A stretch of 64,000 bases of DNA. Origin: Setoptus koraiensis (Eukaryota; Animalia; Arthropoda). A model generated the notes under the pieces. That model was not told the origin of the DNA, made no database searches, and saw only the letters and a list, made by a program, of their open reading frames with translations. The stretch is from NCBI GenBank assembly GCA_048013815.1, contig CM106586.1:21514001-21578000 (forward strand), written 5' to 3'. A program made the translations under genes and the position numbers. This document shows, one piece after another, positions 1 through 13,881 of this stretch (the stretch's first letter is position 1; the number at the start of each line of letters is the position of its first letter).

Positions 1-1188
1 AGCGCGCGTGTGTTATGAATATGTATCGTGTGCGCGATGGGGGCGCGATGATCGCCGCCGCGGCGCACCGAAAGGGAGCCTGTGAAGTTGAGAGTCTGAA
101 CCGGAGTTCAGAATCCGGAGGCGGCTTTAAAATCACACCCGCTCCACTGATCCATCATTGGCCGTCGCGGGGCCCCAAAGTGTAGCCATTGTCGGGCCTT
201 GAGAGGCCGCTTGTCGGCCGTTGTCGGCGACACGGCGACTTGATCGATTGCTTTAAAGTTGACTGATTATTATATTATCTGTGCCGTATCTGCGTGCGTC
301 TGTCACTGGGCTCATAATGGGGCCCATCAACTTGATACTATCAAGTTGATCGTGCACAACGCTGACATTGTGCGCCCTTGCGGGGATAATTCCGCTCGAT
401 TCGCAGAGGAATCGCTGCCAATCGCGCTCCGAACAGCGACTTGCAACGGCCAATTGCGAGCGAGAGTCGGCCGATCGCGAGCGGGAGTCGGCCAATTCGA
501 AGCGCGACTCGGCGAAGCTGGGCCCCGACTCCGCGCGAACCCTTGGCCGCTTGGCGGAATTATTCGCGAAACGGGCCGACGAGACCGACGAACACAGCGC
601 CGGCAAGTGGCCACTTGGAGCCGACACTCGAGCGGCTCGGGTCGAGCCTCCGCAGCAGCCCCCGCGACACGGGCCCTGTGTGTTGTACATCACAACACTG
701 TTGGCCCCCGACACGGGAGGTTACGTCACAGGCCGTTGCTTTCGCTGACGCGCGCGCTCCGTGTGTCAGCTTGCGTAATCTGTAATCAAAGCGTTGCGTC
801 GTCGCTGATTGATTGCCGCCACTCGTTACGCAACTGCACGCTGCTTTGGCTAATTTGCATTCGCTTCAAACTTCGAATTTCGAACCTCGAACATCGAGCT
901 TCGAACCTCGAACGGGCATATCCGCCCCATTATGTTCGCCATTATGGCCGCAATCGGGCGCGTTCGCTCCAGTTGCTCCGCGTTTGCACTGCTGGCTCGC
1001 TCGCCAGAGCGCTCGCTTCCTGCTCGCTCGACGGCCGCTTCCCGCACCGGAAGCGGCCGTCGGAGGGCGCCAGTGCGCGCCAATCAGCTGGTTGCGCAAC
1101 ACAGACAGCGAGCCGTAATGGCTGCTGGCTGGCATCGATTAGCCGACGGCCGTTACGGCCGCCCAATCGACCCGACGGCCGCGCGCAA

Positions 1189-1298
1189 CTGTCCGATCGG
1201 GCCGCGACTGTCCGATCGGGCCGCGACTGTAGGATCGGGCCGCGACTGTCGGATCGGGCCGCGACTGTCGGATCGGGCCGCGACTGTCGGATCGGGCC
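1189..1298. repeat. minisatellite, 19-nt unit CTGTCCGATCGGGCCGCGA, ~5.8 copies
   Basis: Unit read directly in the sequence, with minor variants (GTAGGATC, GTCGGATC). Confidence 0.9.
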
Positions 1299-2340
1299 CG
1301 ATCGATCGATCGGGCGGTCGTCGAGCAGCGCACGCCCGCTCGGTCGTAAACAAATAAAAAATGGCCACCTCATCTGGCGGCGCTGCTGGCAAATTATATT
1401 ACGTAATGGGCGGCTCGTGCCGTTACACTGTATGGATATTCCAAGCAGCGATATCCGCACAGTGGACTGAAGGACAGCGAGCTCGTCGAGACGGGTCGGC
1501 GTTGCGACCGCTCCGTCGGCGATCGACCGCTCCGTCGGCGACCGACCGGCCCGACAAGAGCCCAGAGCGAGCGACGAGGCTCGGCTGACTGCGAGCGGCC
1601 CGAGCGCGGCCGCCGGGCAGCGACGTTTGTGGTGGCCATCGCCATGGCAATTGGGCCATTTATTGCCATCAAATTGCGCCCAAAAATGGCCATAAAACGT
1701 GTAATCGGTCTGGCTAATTGCGCTCGGACATTGGCTGGCCGGGCCGGCGAGCGCCGGCGGAGGCTCGCCAAATCGGGACAGAGCGCTGACAGAGTGACGG
1801 CCATTAGCGAGTGAATGACCCGAGCGGAGCGGACCGGCTCTGTCTGTCACACGCCAATTGATGGCGGCGACATTTTATTAACTTGATATGATTTAGTGCC
1901 CATTTAGGATGCCGGTCGGGCGAGCGGCCCGCGTGCAAACGGCCGGCCAATTGGTCAAGTTGTGTCAAGTGCGATCGACTCGTTCATTGACTAACTCGAC
2001 TTTATTTGGTCGTGGCCAGCGCACGACGACATAATTTACGAGCGCCACTTGGTCAGTTTTATTTATTTATGGCCGCTATCAAGCGAACGGAAACGAGCGC
2101 CGATCGGTGGCCAAACTTGAGTGACTGTCAAATCGCTGTCAGCTCGGCGTCGACACGATCGCGGTCGCATGCGCCCCTCCGGCCCGCAACGGGCGCCGAA
2201 TGGCCGCCGACTTGCGATCGCGGGCCGATTTGCGGTCGCGGGACGGGCCAATCACAAATTGATCGGGGCCAATTCGTTTCGGGCGCCGTCGTCACTTGTC
2301 GCGTCAGCCCGCAACGGGCGCGCTCACCCGTCCAGCGGCA

Positions 2341-2418
2341 GTCAGTTGTCCCGCAGCGGTCAGTTGTCCCGCAGCGGTCAGTTGTCCCGCGGTGGTCAGC
2401 TGTGAGGCAGCGGTCAGC
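2341..2418. repeat. minisatellite, 18-nt unit GCAGCGGTCAGTTGTCCC, ~4 copies
   Basis: Directly visible; the last copies are degenerate. Confidence 0.85.
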
Positions 2419-3739
2419 ACGGCTGAAGCCGGCACGATATCCGATAGCGAGCAACAAGTGCGCGCCGTTGCGCTCGCATCAACACTCGCGCATACCACGA
2501 GGCGAGTCCCGACTGGGATCCCGCTGGGCGGCCCGACTCTTCCCGCGGAGATCGGTCACTGTCGCTGTGAGCGAGTGGCGGCCGTTCGCGGGCTGCCCGT
2601 CGACCGGCGGCCAAAACCGGCCGCTAGTGCTGGCAGCGAGATGTTGCCCGTTGTAGCTGTTACATCGACGCCCGTCATAGTCGTAATCATGATTGACGCT
2701 GCTGGCCGCCGACGCAACAAACTGACGCGAGAAACTGACGCGAGAAACTGACGCAACTGACGTTGTGCCGTGTTGCGCAACTCGGCTCCGATTTCGGAGC
2801 GGCTCAATTGGGAATTAGGCCGAACGCTTCGAACGGAATACAAATTCGCGCAGTGTTACGTCACTTTCGAATTGTATGATCCAATCGAACATTGAGACCG
2901 TAGCGGCGCCAAGTAATAAATGCAGCGCTGGCCAGCTCGCGCATTCATTGTGCCGCCCAGCGGCGGTTACCCAGGGCACATTACGCAATATCGGATGTCG
3001 GCCAGTGGCGGCCACACTCATTATATTCATTAGAGGCTTGTCCGCGCTGACCCATTGGTCAGTGTGGCCCCTCGATTGCGCTGAGCTGCTTCGCTGGCGC
3101 GCCTGGCGCGCTCCCGAGCGATCGGGCCACTCGCAGGGCTCAACTGAAACCGAAACAGACGTGCCGGCAGCGGCGGCCCGGCCCGGCCGACGCGACGGGC
3201 AAGCGACGAGCAAGTGGCGGCGCTGCGCGCCCGCACATGTCCCGGAGCCGCTCCCGGGAGCAACATTGATTGATTGAGTCGCGTCGCCATTTGATGCTGC
3301 CAATGCCGGCTCGAGCCGCCCGCAACTCGCGACTTGCGACTCGCAACTCGGTCTGCGCGAACTGGCCGCTGGGGCGCCATTCGAACGATCCGAACGAATC
3401 CGAACGAATTCGAACCGATTCGAGCGCCCCCTCGGCGATTCGGCGAACGCGCCAGCAGTGAGTCAAATGAGACCAGCGACAACGCCGACGGACAGCGGCG
3501 CGCGTCGTTGGGGGTCGCACCTAATTAATGATGCCCGCTAAGTCAGTGGCACTAACGAGCTCGCTGGCAAACAAATCAATTGGCCTCGGCCACCGATTCG
3601 CCCCCATGCAAATTCGAGACTTACGCAATATCGATTAATTAAAAATGATTCATTGTTCATGCGAGCGAACTCGCCAACCGAGCGCGCCCCTCACAAGTTG
3701 TCAGTCGCTGGCGCGCTCGGCCCGGTCAGCGGGACTCCG

Positions 3740-3823
3740 CTTGTGTCCGAGCGTTGTATGCTTGTGTCCGAGCGTTGTATGCTTGTGTCCGAGCGGTGTA
3801 TGTCTGTGTCCGAGCGGTGTATC
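3740..3823. repeat. minisatellite, 21-nt unit CTTGTGTCCGAGCGTTGTATG, ~4 copies
   Basis: Directly visible. Confidence 0.85.
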
Positions 3824-4267
3824 CGCGAGCGGCGCCGGCCCGCGAAGGCGCCCGATTTGCGGATGCGTGTGTCGTGCCCGTCACACTAACTGTGCCGGCC
3901 AACTGTGTTTACACACTGTTTGCAAACATTGCGCAACACAAACACAAGACCACTCCGCTCTTGCCCGTGCCTCGGCGCCGTGCGCCGGGCCGACCCGTCC
4001 GTGGGCTCTCGCCGCCGGGAGCGCGCGGGCAAGTGTCGGCGTGAGAAGATTAGCCGCTCGGCAGCCGAGCGGCCATGATGGCGGCCGAGCGCACCATTAA
4101 TCAAACGCTGGCCGTCGCTTGACGCGAATTTCGAAATAACAAGTCGAAATACATGCGGCGCTAATGAATGCCGCGCCAGATTATCCGTCCGCTGTTGCAC
4201 TTTGCAGCGGCTCGCCGCACTAAATGGCCCGCAAGACGGCCCGATATCTCGGCCTGACGGGCCGCGA

Positions 4268-4356
4268 TTGTTGTTGTTGTTGTTGTTGTTGTTGCTGTTG
4301 CTGCCGTTGTCGTTGTTGCTGTTGTTGCTGCCGTTGTCGTTGTTGTTGTTGTTGCT
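4268..4356. repeat. imperfect (TGT/TGC)n trinucleotide tract
   Basis: Directly visible; it produces the poly-C/Q/T/N shadow ORFs in the track. Confidence 0.9.
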
Positions 4357-7300
4357 GGCAGTTTGAGCGGCGGTATCGCACACGCTGGCCACTGCAAACA
4401 GCGGCAACCGCGTTCGTTGAGCCAACAAAGCCGCCAGTTGGCTCGCTGCCCAACTGTCGCCGCGCTGTTATCTCGCTGCGGATCGTTATCGTCGCGGGCC
4501 GCCGAAACGATCCGCCGCCGCGGCGCACAGATAAGGCCCGGGCGTGGAGACAGAAACGGCACAGCCCAGAAATGAGCGACGGGCCCAGCGAGGAGCGACC
4601 CGAAAAGAGGGCAAAGAAAGTGAATCTGGCAGCGCAAACATCGCGCCAGCAGCAGCTTGCGGACGACCGGCCCGACTGGAATGCGTCTCGAGCTGCGCTC
4701 ACTTTGGCTCGTTTTAAAGCCGGGCGCAACGCGCCGCTCGTTACGTAACCGCCATCATTACGGCGCAGCGCCAGAGATAAGCGGCGCGGCTCGCGAGGCT
4801 CGTGAGGCTTGCGAGGCTTGCGAGGCTCATGAGGCTTGCGAGGCGTCGCCCCGAACGCTCACTCTTCGCATAGTCGGCGGATAGTCGCCGCATAGAGGCG
4901 GATGGTCGGCGTGTTGAGGCGGATGGCACCAGTGCGACCGATGAGCGATACCATCGGCGCTTGTCCGTCGCTCGGCGCGGGCCGGACGCAATTTCGCGCC
5001 GCTTTGATTGGGCCACGGGCGGCGACCCAGGCCGACGGAGCGGCCAATAACTGGCAACTGCCAAGTCGATTATTGGGGCGCACATTTCACACAGACAGCT
5101 GTAATGGTTGTGCAGTTTGTGAGACGCGCCAGATAAGCCAGCGACGGTGTCGTTGTTCGCGGGCCCCATCGTCGCGTGTGACATTCTGAGGCCGCTGACA
5201 AATTTCGGCCCCATTAGCGAAATCAAATTGTGACTCGTGCCAAGTCGCTCTGACAAGTCCGCAGCGCAGCTATCGATGGGTCGGCTCGATCAACCGCGAT
5301 CCGGCCCGCTCCGAACAGACCGACCGATGCGCCCCGAACAGACCGACCGATGCGCTCCAAACAGACCGACCGATGCGCTCCAAATGGCGGCCCGACTAGC
5401 GCCAACTGGCCGGCGGAGCGCGCCGGGCCGAAGTCGTAAAGTGGCGCAGTGGCCGCGTGCTCGCCAAACCGCTGAACAAGGCGAAAAAGCGATCGGCCCA
5501 AGAAAAAAGCTCGCCTGCTCGTGGCGCAGCTCGCTTTTTTGCGCTCTTGCACGTGCCCCAATGACATTATTTGCGGGGGCTCCGTTGCGACAATGTGCGA
5601 ATCGCCCGGCGTTGTTGCCCGCGACGCCGCCAGTCGACTTGAACGACCAGTTGTCTTGGTCGTGACGTCGCTGCCAAAAACTACAATTGTGTATATATTG
5701 CATAACTGTTTACATTATGCGACACATGTACAGGCTGTTTCAAACTCATGTACGTAAACACAGTTCCGATCGATGCTGAGGGGGCGCTGTTTGGCCGTCT
5801 GTCTGTCTGTCGGTCTGACTGTCTCAGAGACAGTGTCTATCGTCGGCTTGGCATGCCAGGCGGCACCTAGCGGAGGAAGCCCGAAGCACACACGATCCAG
5901 GGGAGAGCGCAACAGAAGCAGCGACGAGCAACGAACGATAAACTCATCTCTCTCATATCATCACTTATACGGATTTAATTTTTTTCACTCACCGCTCGCC
6001 AACTTCCGCTTCCGGCAGCGTGATAATTGGTGCGAGGCGAAATTGTTGCGAGCATGTCGAGAATTTTGAGACTGTTTTTTCTTGCAATTTCTCGTTCAAA
6101 GCTCGGCCAGCCGCGAGTGTCCGAGCCAAGCCGCGTCAAGAGCAGGTTGCGAGCACTCAGCGGCGGGCCCCGAGGCCCGCGGCGCTCTCGGGCAAGTTGA
6201 TCGGGCGACTGATCGAGCGACTGATCGGGCGCCGACAGGCAATCGTGGCCAGGGCGGCGTGATGAGATTGCACTCGACAATTGCCAGTCGGACATTCGCT
6301 GGCGCGGGGGGCCCGGCGCTGAAATTGCAATTGTCACAATTGGCACAATTGCGACGATGTGACCACTTGTCGGCACGGCCCGGCGAGCAGTGATGCAGCG
6401 CCCGCGGAGGCTGCTCGCCGTTGACACCGGCAATTATCGGGCCGGTGCGGGCGTCCGAAAAGCGAGGCGCCCCATCTACCGATGGCGTGCTGGCCCACAA
6501 CTAGAACTTGAGTTGCTGGCAAGACAATGGGGCCAGTGCCACGGGCATTGTCCAATTGTGTGAGGCCGCTGATTGGCCGTTATTTGATTTGTGTCCACTC
6601 TGGCCACTTGCGTCGGTTTGCGGGCGCACATTTGGCGCATTTGGCGCCTCGCGGCGCGGCGGGCCCGTGCTTTGGCGGTGGCAGGCCGTTTGTGAATGGA
6701 TGCCGCAACATGGATAAAGCTGGCGCGGCCAGTAAATCTCGCCCGTAAACCGGGACGCCGGACTCCACGCGTGGTCCGGCCCGGCGGGACCCGCGTCAGC
6801 GCGTTGGTTATGGTCGATTGCGTGTGCCCGCCGGTGGCCGCGCCGACATGATGTAACAATGTGTTGGCCCATCTAATTATCTTATCCGATTGGGCGTGAG
6901 TGTCTTTTTTATATTTATTGCCCCTCGCTGCGAATATGTTGTTATATATGTTTGGCCTGTCCGTTGGCGCCAATCGACGCGCGCCTAGACAGGCAACAGT
7001 AATGGGCACAATGGCCCCGCTAGGCCCCGCTAAGCCGCCCCGACTAAGCCGCTGACCAGCGGCCACTCGCACGGGGGCTAGCTTGGCGGCGCTGGCGGCG
7101 CCAACTGCACGCGCCCGTTGCTAATACATCGATAATATATTACGCAATATATTACATAATATGTATTATATAATACATTATATAACGCATTGGGGCACGA
7201 GTGGGCTCCAGTGTCGGACATTATTACCATTGCCAGTATTATTGTTATTAATAATATTGGCGTGCCGAGCACATGTCGTTGATTATGCTCGCAAGCGGCG

Positions 7301-10300
7301 CCGACAAGCCGCGCGACAAGCCTCGCGACAAGGGCGCCGCAACCTCTGCGTATTTGCGTATTTGTCATTGCGGCGCATCGGGCCCAATTGTACCCTATAT
7401 CCGGTTTGTGTGCGCTGTACGGCCATAAACACGTCCGGTCCGGTCCGCTCGCTGGCGATGTTCGAGGCCGCTCGCCGCCGATGTCTGAGGCCGCTCGCCG
7501 CCCATGTTCGGGCCGCTAGCTAGTGGCCCCAAACTGAACTGTGCGGGGGCGTCGGGCACACAGCGCGCGCTGTCTCGCATGAATTGAATTGATTTATTGG
7601 CGCCACTCTCCATTTGGCTCTGCCTGTCTCACTCGGTGTGCATCTCACTCGGTGGCGCCTCATTTGGCCTCATTGATATGCGCAATCTTATATCCACACA
7701 AATCCATTATAGAATGTATCGGATGCTGATGTGTGCGCCCGCCGACACAATCACTGGCTCCCACTGACGAGTCGCAATGATCGCGAGCTCTCTTATGTAA
7801 CATGCAACTTGCATGATACAAGTGAGAATGCATTCGCGCAAATCCGCATTCTCACTTATGCGCCGGCCCGACGGGGGCGTTTGCGAGCTTACAAATGAAT
7901 GCTCTAATTGAGTGATCAATGATCAGCGCCATGAATTAATCAGCCCTTGCCCGTTGGGCACTTTGTTGTGTGCCCTTTGTTCGGCGCTTTGTTCGGGCGT
8001 GGCGCCGTTCGGGCAGTGCGCTGTTCGGGTCGTTTGTTTGGCTAGTTTGTTCGGGCAGCGCGCTGGTCGGGTGTCGACGGCACGCCCATCGGTCCATCGG
8101 TGCCGGCCCGGCCACCATCGATTAATTTCCCTCCCAATGGCGCCCTGTTCTGTCGCTGTGTGTCTGGGCGTGTCTCGCGTGCGCCTGCGAGTATGCAAAA
8201 CCGGCCCCGCTTCGCGTCTCACATTTAATCAAACAATAAGACGCTCGTATTAAATGGGTGAAATGGGGCCCCAATTGCAGTATTGCGTAACACGACGACT
8301 TGTGTACGGCCAGTATAATTTGTAATCTACAGCCGGGCCGGATCTCGACCACTGGTCATCGTCACGGCGAGCCCGGGCCGGCCATTGTGCCAACTTTCGG
8401 CTGCGGGCCCCATTGTGTCCGCTCACTGGCCAGTTGTCCGACTGGCGCCGCTGAAATACAGCGAACAGTGAACCGGGGCACCCGGGCAACAACCACAACG
8501 ACCTGTTTGTCCGGCCCGACGCCCGGTCAGCGCTCGGACAGTGGCCGCCGTCCGATCGCTCGCTGGGATATTTGCATATTTGCATATTTATGCACGCCGG
8601 CTTGTCACGCTGTGCAGCATAAATGGCACCGGGGCCCCACAAGCGGCACCGCATCAAACATGAACGAGTGGCTCAAGTGAGCCACTGACCCGCAACTGAC
8701 CGGTCGACGGGTGAGTCATGGCTGGTCGGTTGCTGCTGTCGGATGCTAACAGTTCCCCGACAGCGGTCAGCCCGACCGGCCCGACACTCGGGTCAATGCG
8801 ACTCTGGCCTCCGCTTGTCGGCCGCTGTGTTTTGCTGTAGCGCAACGCCGTGCAGCGGCCGCATCTCGGCAATGTCCGAGCTGGCACGAACTCATGAATT
8901 TTATGCAAATGACGATTGTGATTGGCGCGCAATGAATATGCATGATTGTTGCCCACTGGCCACTGTCCAGTTTCAATCAACTCGCGCCACAATTAATATT
9001 CGCAATTGACAATTGGCAACAATGTGACCGTTACGTTATTGTTGCCCCGTCACGCGGCCATTGTCGCAACTAGCCATGGGTATTCGCGGGGCATTTCATT
9101 GCACGTGATACGTGCCAGTTGCACGCAACAACGTGCGCCCCTATTGTCGCCATGTGACACTACACAATAAATATATATAGACACAAACGGACATACATAT
9201 ACGCTAAATTGGCGACACGCACCCGCACGGGACACGCGCCTATTTCTGGCGGCGCCGCTGTCCCGTGATGCGATGACCGGAAGTGACACCCGATGGTGCG
9301 CGCATACATGTCCGTACATGTCTATATATGTCCGTACATGTCCGCACATGTCCGTGCAACGGGTAGGGTCGCGTGCTTGCGTTGTGCCCCTCGTGCGGCC
9401 CGGTCGGTCGGTCGGTCGGTAGGTCGGTGGCTGCTGTCAGGCACCCGTCGCTCGTTGCGTAATGTATTCATTCGAGGCTGGCGCCAGTTGCACGCTGCCG
9501 ATGGCCGATTGGCGGCGCTGCTCGGGCGCTGGCGACATGATGACTACATGATGAGTCAGATAAACTGCATAATGAGCGAATATTCATTCACTCACGACTA
9601 TTAATAGATCATGATGCGCTCGCCGGCCAGCTAGCCACTCGGCCCGCATTTAATCAGCACAACAGAGCGTGTTATACGGGCTATGTCGGCCGCCGCCAGG
9701 TGAGCCCAGAAAGGGGCCCCTCACCTGGTCAGCGGAGTCCGTTGCGTGTGTCGGGCAACTAACAGAGTTTGTCGAGCTCGCTCGAGACGAGAGCCAGCTC
9801 GGCACAAACGGCGCGGCCAAGTGCACAAGTGCGGCCGGCCCGTAACATGGCCCAATTACTCAGCCGGACCCTCAATTGATGACTACGTGCGTCATCGGGC
9901 TGCGCGTGCCGCTCCGCGCCACCCGTTCCATCTCGATCACTTATGATTCATTGAGCAGTTGCGCCCAATTGCGGCACTCGAGAGGCCCGAGTTGACAGTC
10001 GGGCTCACGCACCGCCGGCCCGCCATATATTGCTCGGTTATATACATATGTGGCTAGCTCGAGAATTGTGTGACTGTACACAATTCATGAGTCGTGCCAA
10101 CTGGACGCCCCCGCGAACCCGTGTCCGCAGTGCCCGTATGTAGTACCCGGCGGGCACTACATACGGGCAGTGCGTTCTCGCTCGCGACCGGCCGACGTCG
10201 GCCAGACAGAAACAATTGCCTGCTGTTTGTTGATTTTGGTTGGTTTGTAGCTCGCAAGCTCAGGGGCCCGACAAACAATTACGGTGGCGAGATCGCGGCC

Positions 10301-13300
10301 AATGGGGCCCGTCGCAAGTCGCCAGCGCCCATCACGGGCGCCCGGCCCGACGACAAGCCCGGCCGACGAGCATCATCTCGGCAGAGTGATGACGCTGGCG
10401 CTGGCCGACAATCTTGGCACATTCTCCAATGTAACAAATCCGACGGATTGTTCCGCAAATTCAGTGATATTCTGCCCGGCTCACCGAACCATTTCTAATG
10501 CGAGCCAAATCTAGCGCGCCGGCGATTTCTTCCGCCAAGCGGCCGCAAATTGCCAAACTGCCGAATCGCCAGCGGGCCGGGCCGGCCGGCCGGCTTTCGT
10601 AGCGGCCCGTTGGTTGACCGAGAAAAGTCCGTGCCGGACCGACGGCGATTCGGGCGCTCACAATTGATACAAGCTGCGCCTGCCCCGTTTGCCGCGCTCG
10701 TCCTCGGGCACGGTCCGGCGCTCGGTGCACTGCAGACTAACGAGCTGTCCGCTACGAACCCGCGCCGGCCGGGCAGCGGCTGCTGTCGGCCGCTGTCGGG
10801 CCGTCTTGGCGTCTTTTGTCTGTAAATGCGAGGCGGTTGCTAATTGGAACCGACTCCACAATCACCCAGGTAACTGACTGTTCGCTGTCTTTGGTGTCCG
10901 CGGGCCGGCCCGGCGCCCGAGCTGTGTGGCCAGCTCCCCGCTCGCCGGTGCCCGAGATAATTGCTTGCTCGCGGGCCGATTGTTTGCTTGTGCCAGTTGG
11001 CGAATTGCGGCTCGTTTGCGTGATCGTTGCGAGTGTCGGTAGGATTGTGTTTGCTCGCAGCGGCTCCCGAGCAAAGGCTCGCTGCCCGCGCGCCAATCAT
11101 TTATCCGACGGGGCCGGTGGCCCGCGCCAGGCAACAGTGCGGGCCGCACCAAAGTCTGGGCCGGCCAACTGTGCGGCCGGTCATTGCGCTCCATTAATTT
11201 TAGACGCTTGCCGCTCACGTTCTCCCATGACTCATCAGCGGGCCCGTTCTCTGTCTATGTCTTTGAAGTTGGGGGCCCCAAACGAGCCTAAACTCCGGCC
11301 GAAACTCTTGCGAGTTTTTACTGACGCAATGTTGCCAACATTGCACAACAGCTTAGCTCTGATAGCTGAGTGACAGCGTGTGTCATGTGACAGTTAATTG
11401 CAGTCCGTTGGCCCGTCGGCGCCCAACAGGAAGTGGGCTTGGTCGGCGGCCAGCAAGCGGGCCGGATCACTTTCGAGCGGGTGCAGCCACAGCCACAGCG
11501 GCAGCTTGGCTCGTTTCGGCTGGCGCGAAAACTGTAAACTCCGACGCTTGTCGGCCCAAAATGGCCCATGGCCCCGAGCTAAATTTGGGGCCGCACTAAT
11601 TTATGTGCGCTGATGAGCCGGCAGCCAGCCGAATAGATCAACTTTGCGGCCCCCTGGTGCCGTCGGTGCCCACCAGTGTTTATGGGCACTTGCGGGCGCG
11701 GTGGGTGCTTATCGGTGCGCCAAACGGACACATGTGCCCATTTGGCGCAGTGTATTGACGAGCGGCGACATATCACTTTGGCTCGCTCGCTGCCCCTTCG
11801 GGCCTCCGTTTGGCCCCTCATTTGGGGCGCCCAAATGTCGGCCAGTCACTGGCTAGCAGTCACTGGCGGGCCCCATTGTTGTGTGTGTGTGTGTGTGTGA
11901 CGAAGAAGCAAATGTTAATGCGTGTGGCGCTGGCGCGATTGTCAGGGGCACAAAGTAACAGCAGTGACCACTATGGACACGCCCGTCACGGCGACTTGTT
12001 TTTTGTGGGGGCGCCCGATCGAATGGCGGCGGCCCGCAGCGAGTCGGACCGACGCGTCGCGACGGGACGATCACGGGCCCATTTTTGAGGCGTCGTCGAC
12101 TCTTGCGGCGACTCGGTGCCGGCAACAGCTTTCACAGCGCTGGTCAGCGGACGCAAAAAGCCAACGGATATTGGCGCACAGCGGACGGGTATTGGCGCCC
12201 GTAAACCCGAACTCACACGGCACACTGACAGTAGAAAATATCGAATTGCAAACAACAGCGCCGGACTGTATTATCTGTATTGTATTATCCGCAATTGTGG
12301 CACATTGTGCACAATTGCGCCACGGATAATGCCTTCGTGCCAACGGCGACTGGGGCCCGTGGATGCTGTCGCCAGAAAGCAAAAGAATTGCGACTTGTCC
12401 AGCGTCACACGGCGCGCGCTTGACATAACTAACGACGTGTGTGATTGCCACGCCGATAAGCGACACTTGGGCGCCCCAAAATCGCATCACTCGGCCGCTC
12501 GGCGTGCCCCAATCCGAGAATCGGCCGCTCGATTCTCGAATTGGGCCCGTGCCTGTGAGTCGCTGTGGACGCTTCTGCCGCCCCCTCGAATCGCTACAGC
12601 CGGCGACAATAGAAAAAATGGAAAAAATATGATACGATGATAGCAAGAATAACACAAAACAAGAATACAAAATGTCAGATACTAACGGCCATAATCGGGC
12701 GCCCAACTACGGGACGCACTGGGCGCGCCCCTCGCAAGGTATCTCGCGCGATCTGAGCTACCCCACGGAGATATCTGGCGGCGTGCGGCAGCGTCGGTCG
12801 CCGCATCGGTCGCCGCATCGGTCGCTGCCCGAGGGACTGCGATCGTTTGTTGTGTGTGTGTTGTAACTTCGTTTATGTAATCGGCCCACCTCGACAGGCA
12901 AGTCGATAATTTCACGACGGGATAACGGGATAATTTCGACACGATCAGGCAGACACGAGACGAGCGTGCCGGACATCAGCTGACACGCGCTGACACGAGT
13001 GACAGTGATTGGCGAATTGAAGGGATCAAATTGAATAATATTGACCGGTATTCGGTGTAATCAGTGATCGCTTTGTAAAATGATATCATTTATTGGCTCG
13101 ATGTGCTCGAATCGATGTTGACAGTCGGGCCCCTGGGTCCCACTGACAGTGTCAGCGGCCCGAGCAATCTCACAACGTAATTACGTTACATCTTGGCTTG
13201 GGTGGTGATTTTGAACTGGGCCCCGGGTTTGTTTCGCGGGCGACTCGTCATTGGTTGCTATCGGTTTATATTGGTTTATATTGGTTGCCATTGGTTGCCA

Positions 13301-13881
13301 TTGGTTGCCATTGGTTGCTATTGGTCATTATTGGCCAATGGGCGTGTGATTGCATCAGCCTGCAGATTGGCCATTATTGGCTGGGAGATTATTATCTTGG
13401 GGGCGATAATAATTGAACTGTTGGCCGCACACTGACTCAGTATTACTGAGGCGCTCGTTTATTTATCTCCCATCTCGCATCTCGCATCTTTTATCTCTCA
13501 TCTGGCCCCGTTCGTGTGGCCCCGATGTGGCGTTTATGTCGATCGGCCGATTTGTGCGCTCACGAGACGAGGACACCCAACAGCATGCAATAACTGGCAG
13601 CGTCCAGTAACAATCTAACAACTAACAATAACTCATTAATCTTGTTTCTTGTCGCCCCGCGGCCCACGCCGAACGCCGAACGCGATCAATGTGCGACCAT
13701 CGCAATTACTGCCCACATCGCTACAAACAATTATTATCGGCCACTGGCAAACGATCGCCGTCAAAAAACAACAACAACAAACACGGACACAAATATGGCA
13801 CACAAACACGGCGGATAAATGTATAAATACGGCACACAAATACGGCGGATAAATGCATAAATATGGCTCACAAATACATAA

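Noticed and set aside
259-1850. Long overlapping ORFs (403 aa on +, 302 aa on -)
   Set aside because: Non-ATG starts, R/A/S/P-biased translations, no domain motifs, and they run through a 19-nt minisatellite; typical shadow ORFs of GC-rich DNA.
4161-4748. Poly-Q/poly-T/poly-C ORFs in several frames
   Set aside because: Produced by the (TGT/TGC)n tract; no frame has supporting domains or splice sites.
12071-12706. 211-aa minus-strand ORF with a hydrophobic N-terminus
   Set aside because: No recognisable domain, no supporting splice structure, and an equally long ORF on the opposite strand.
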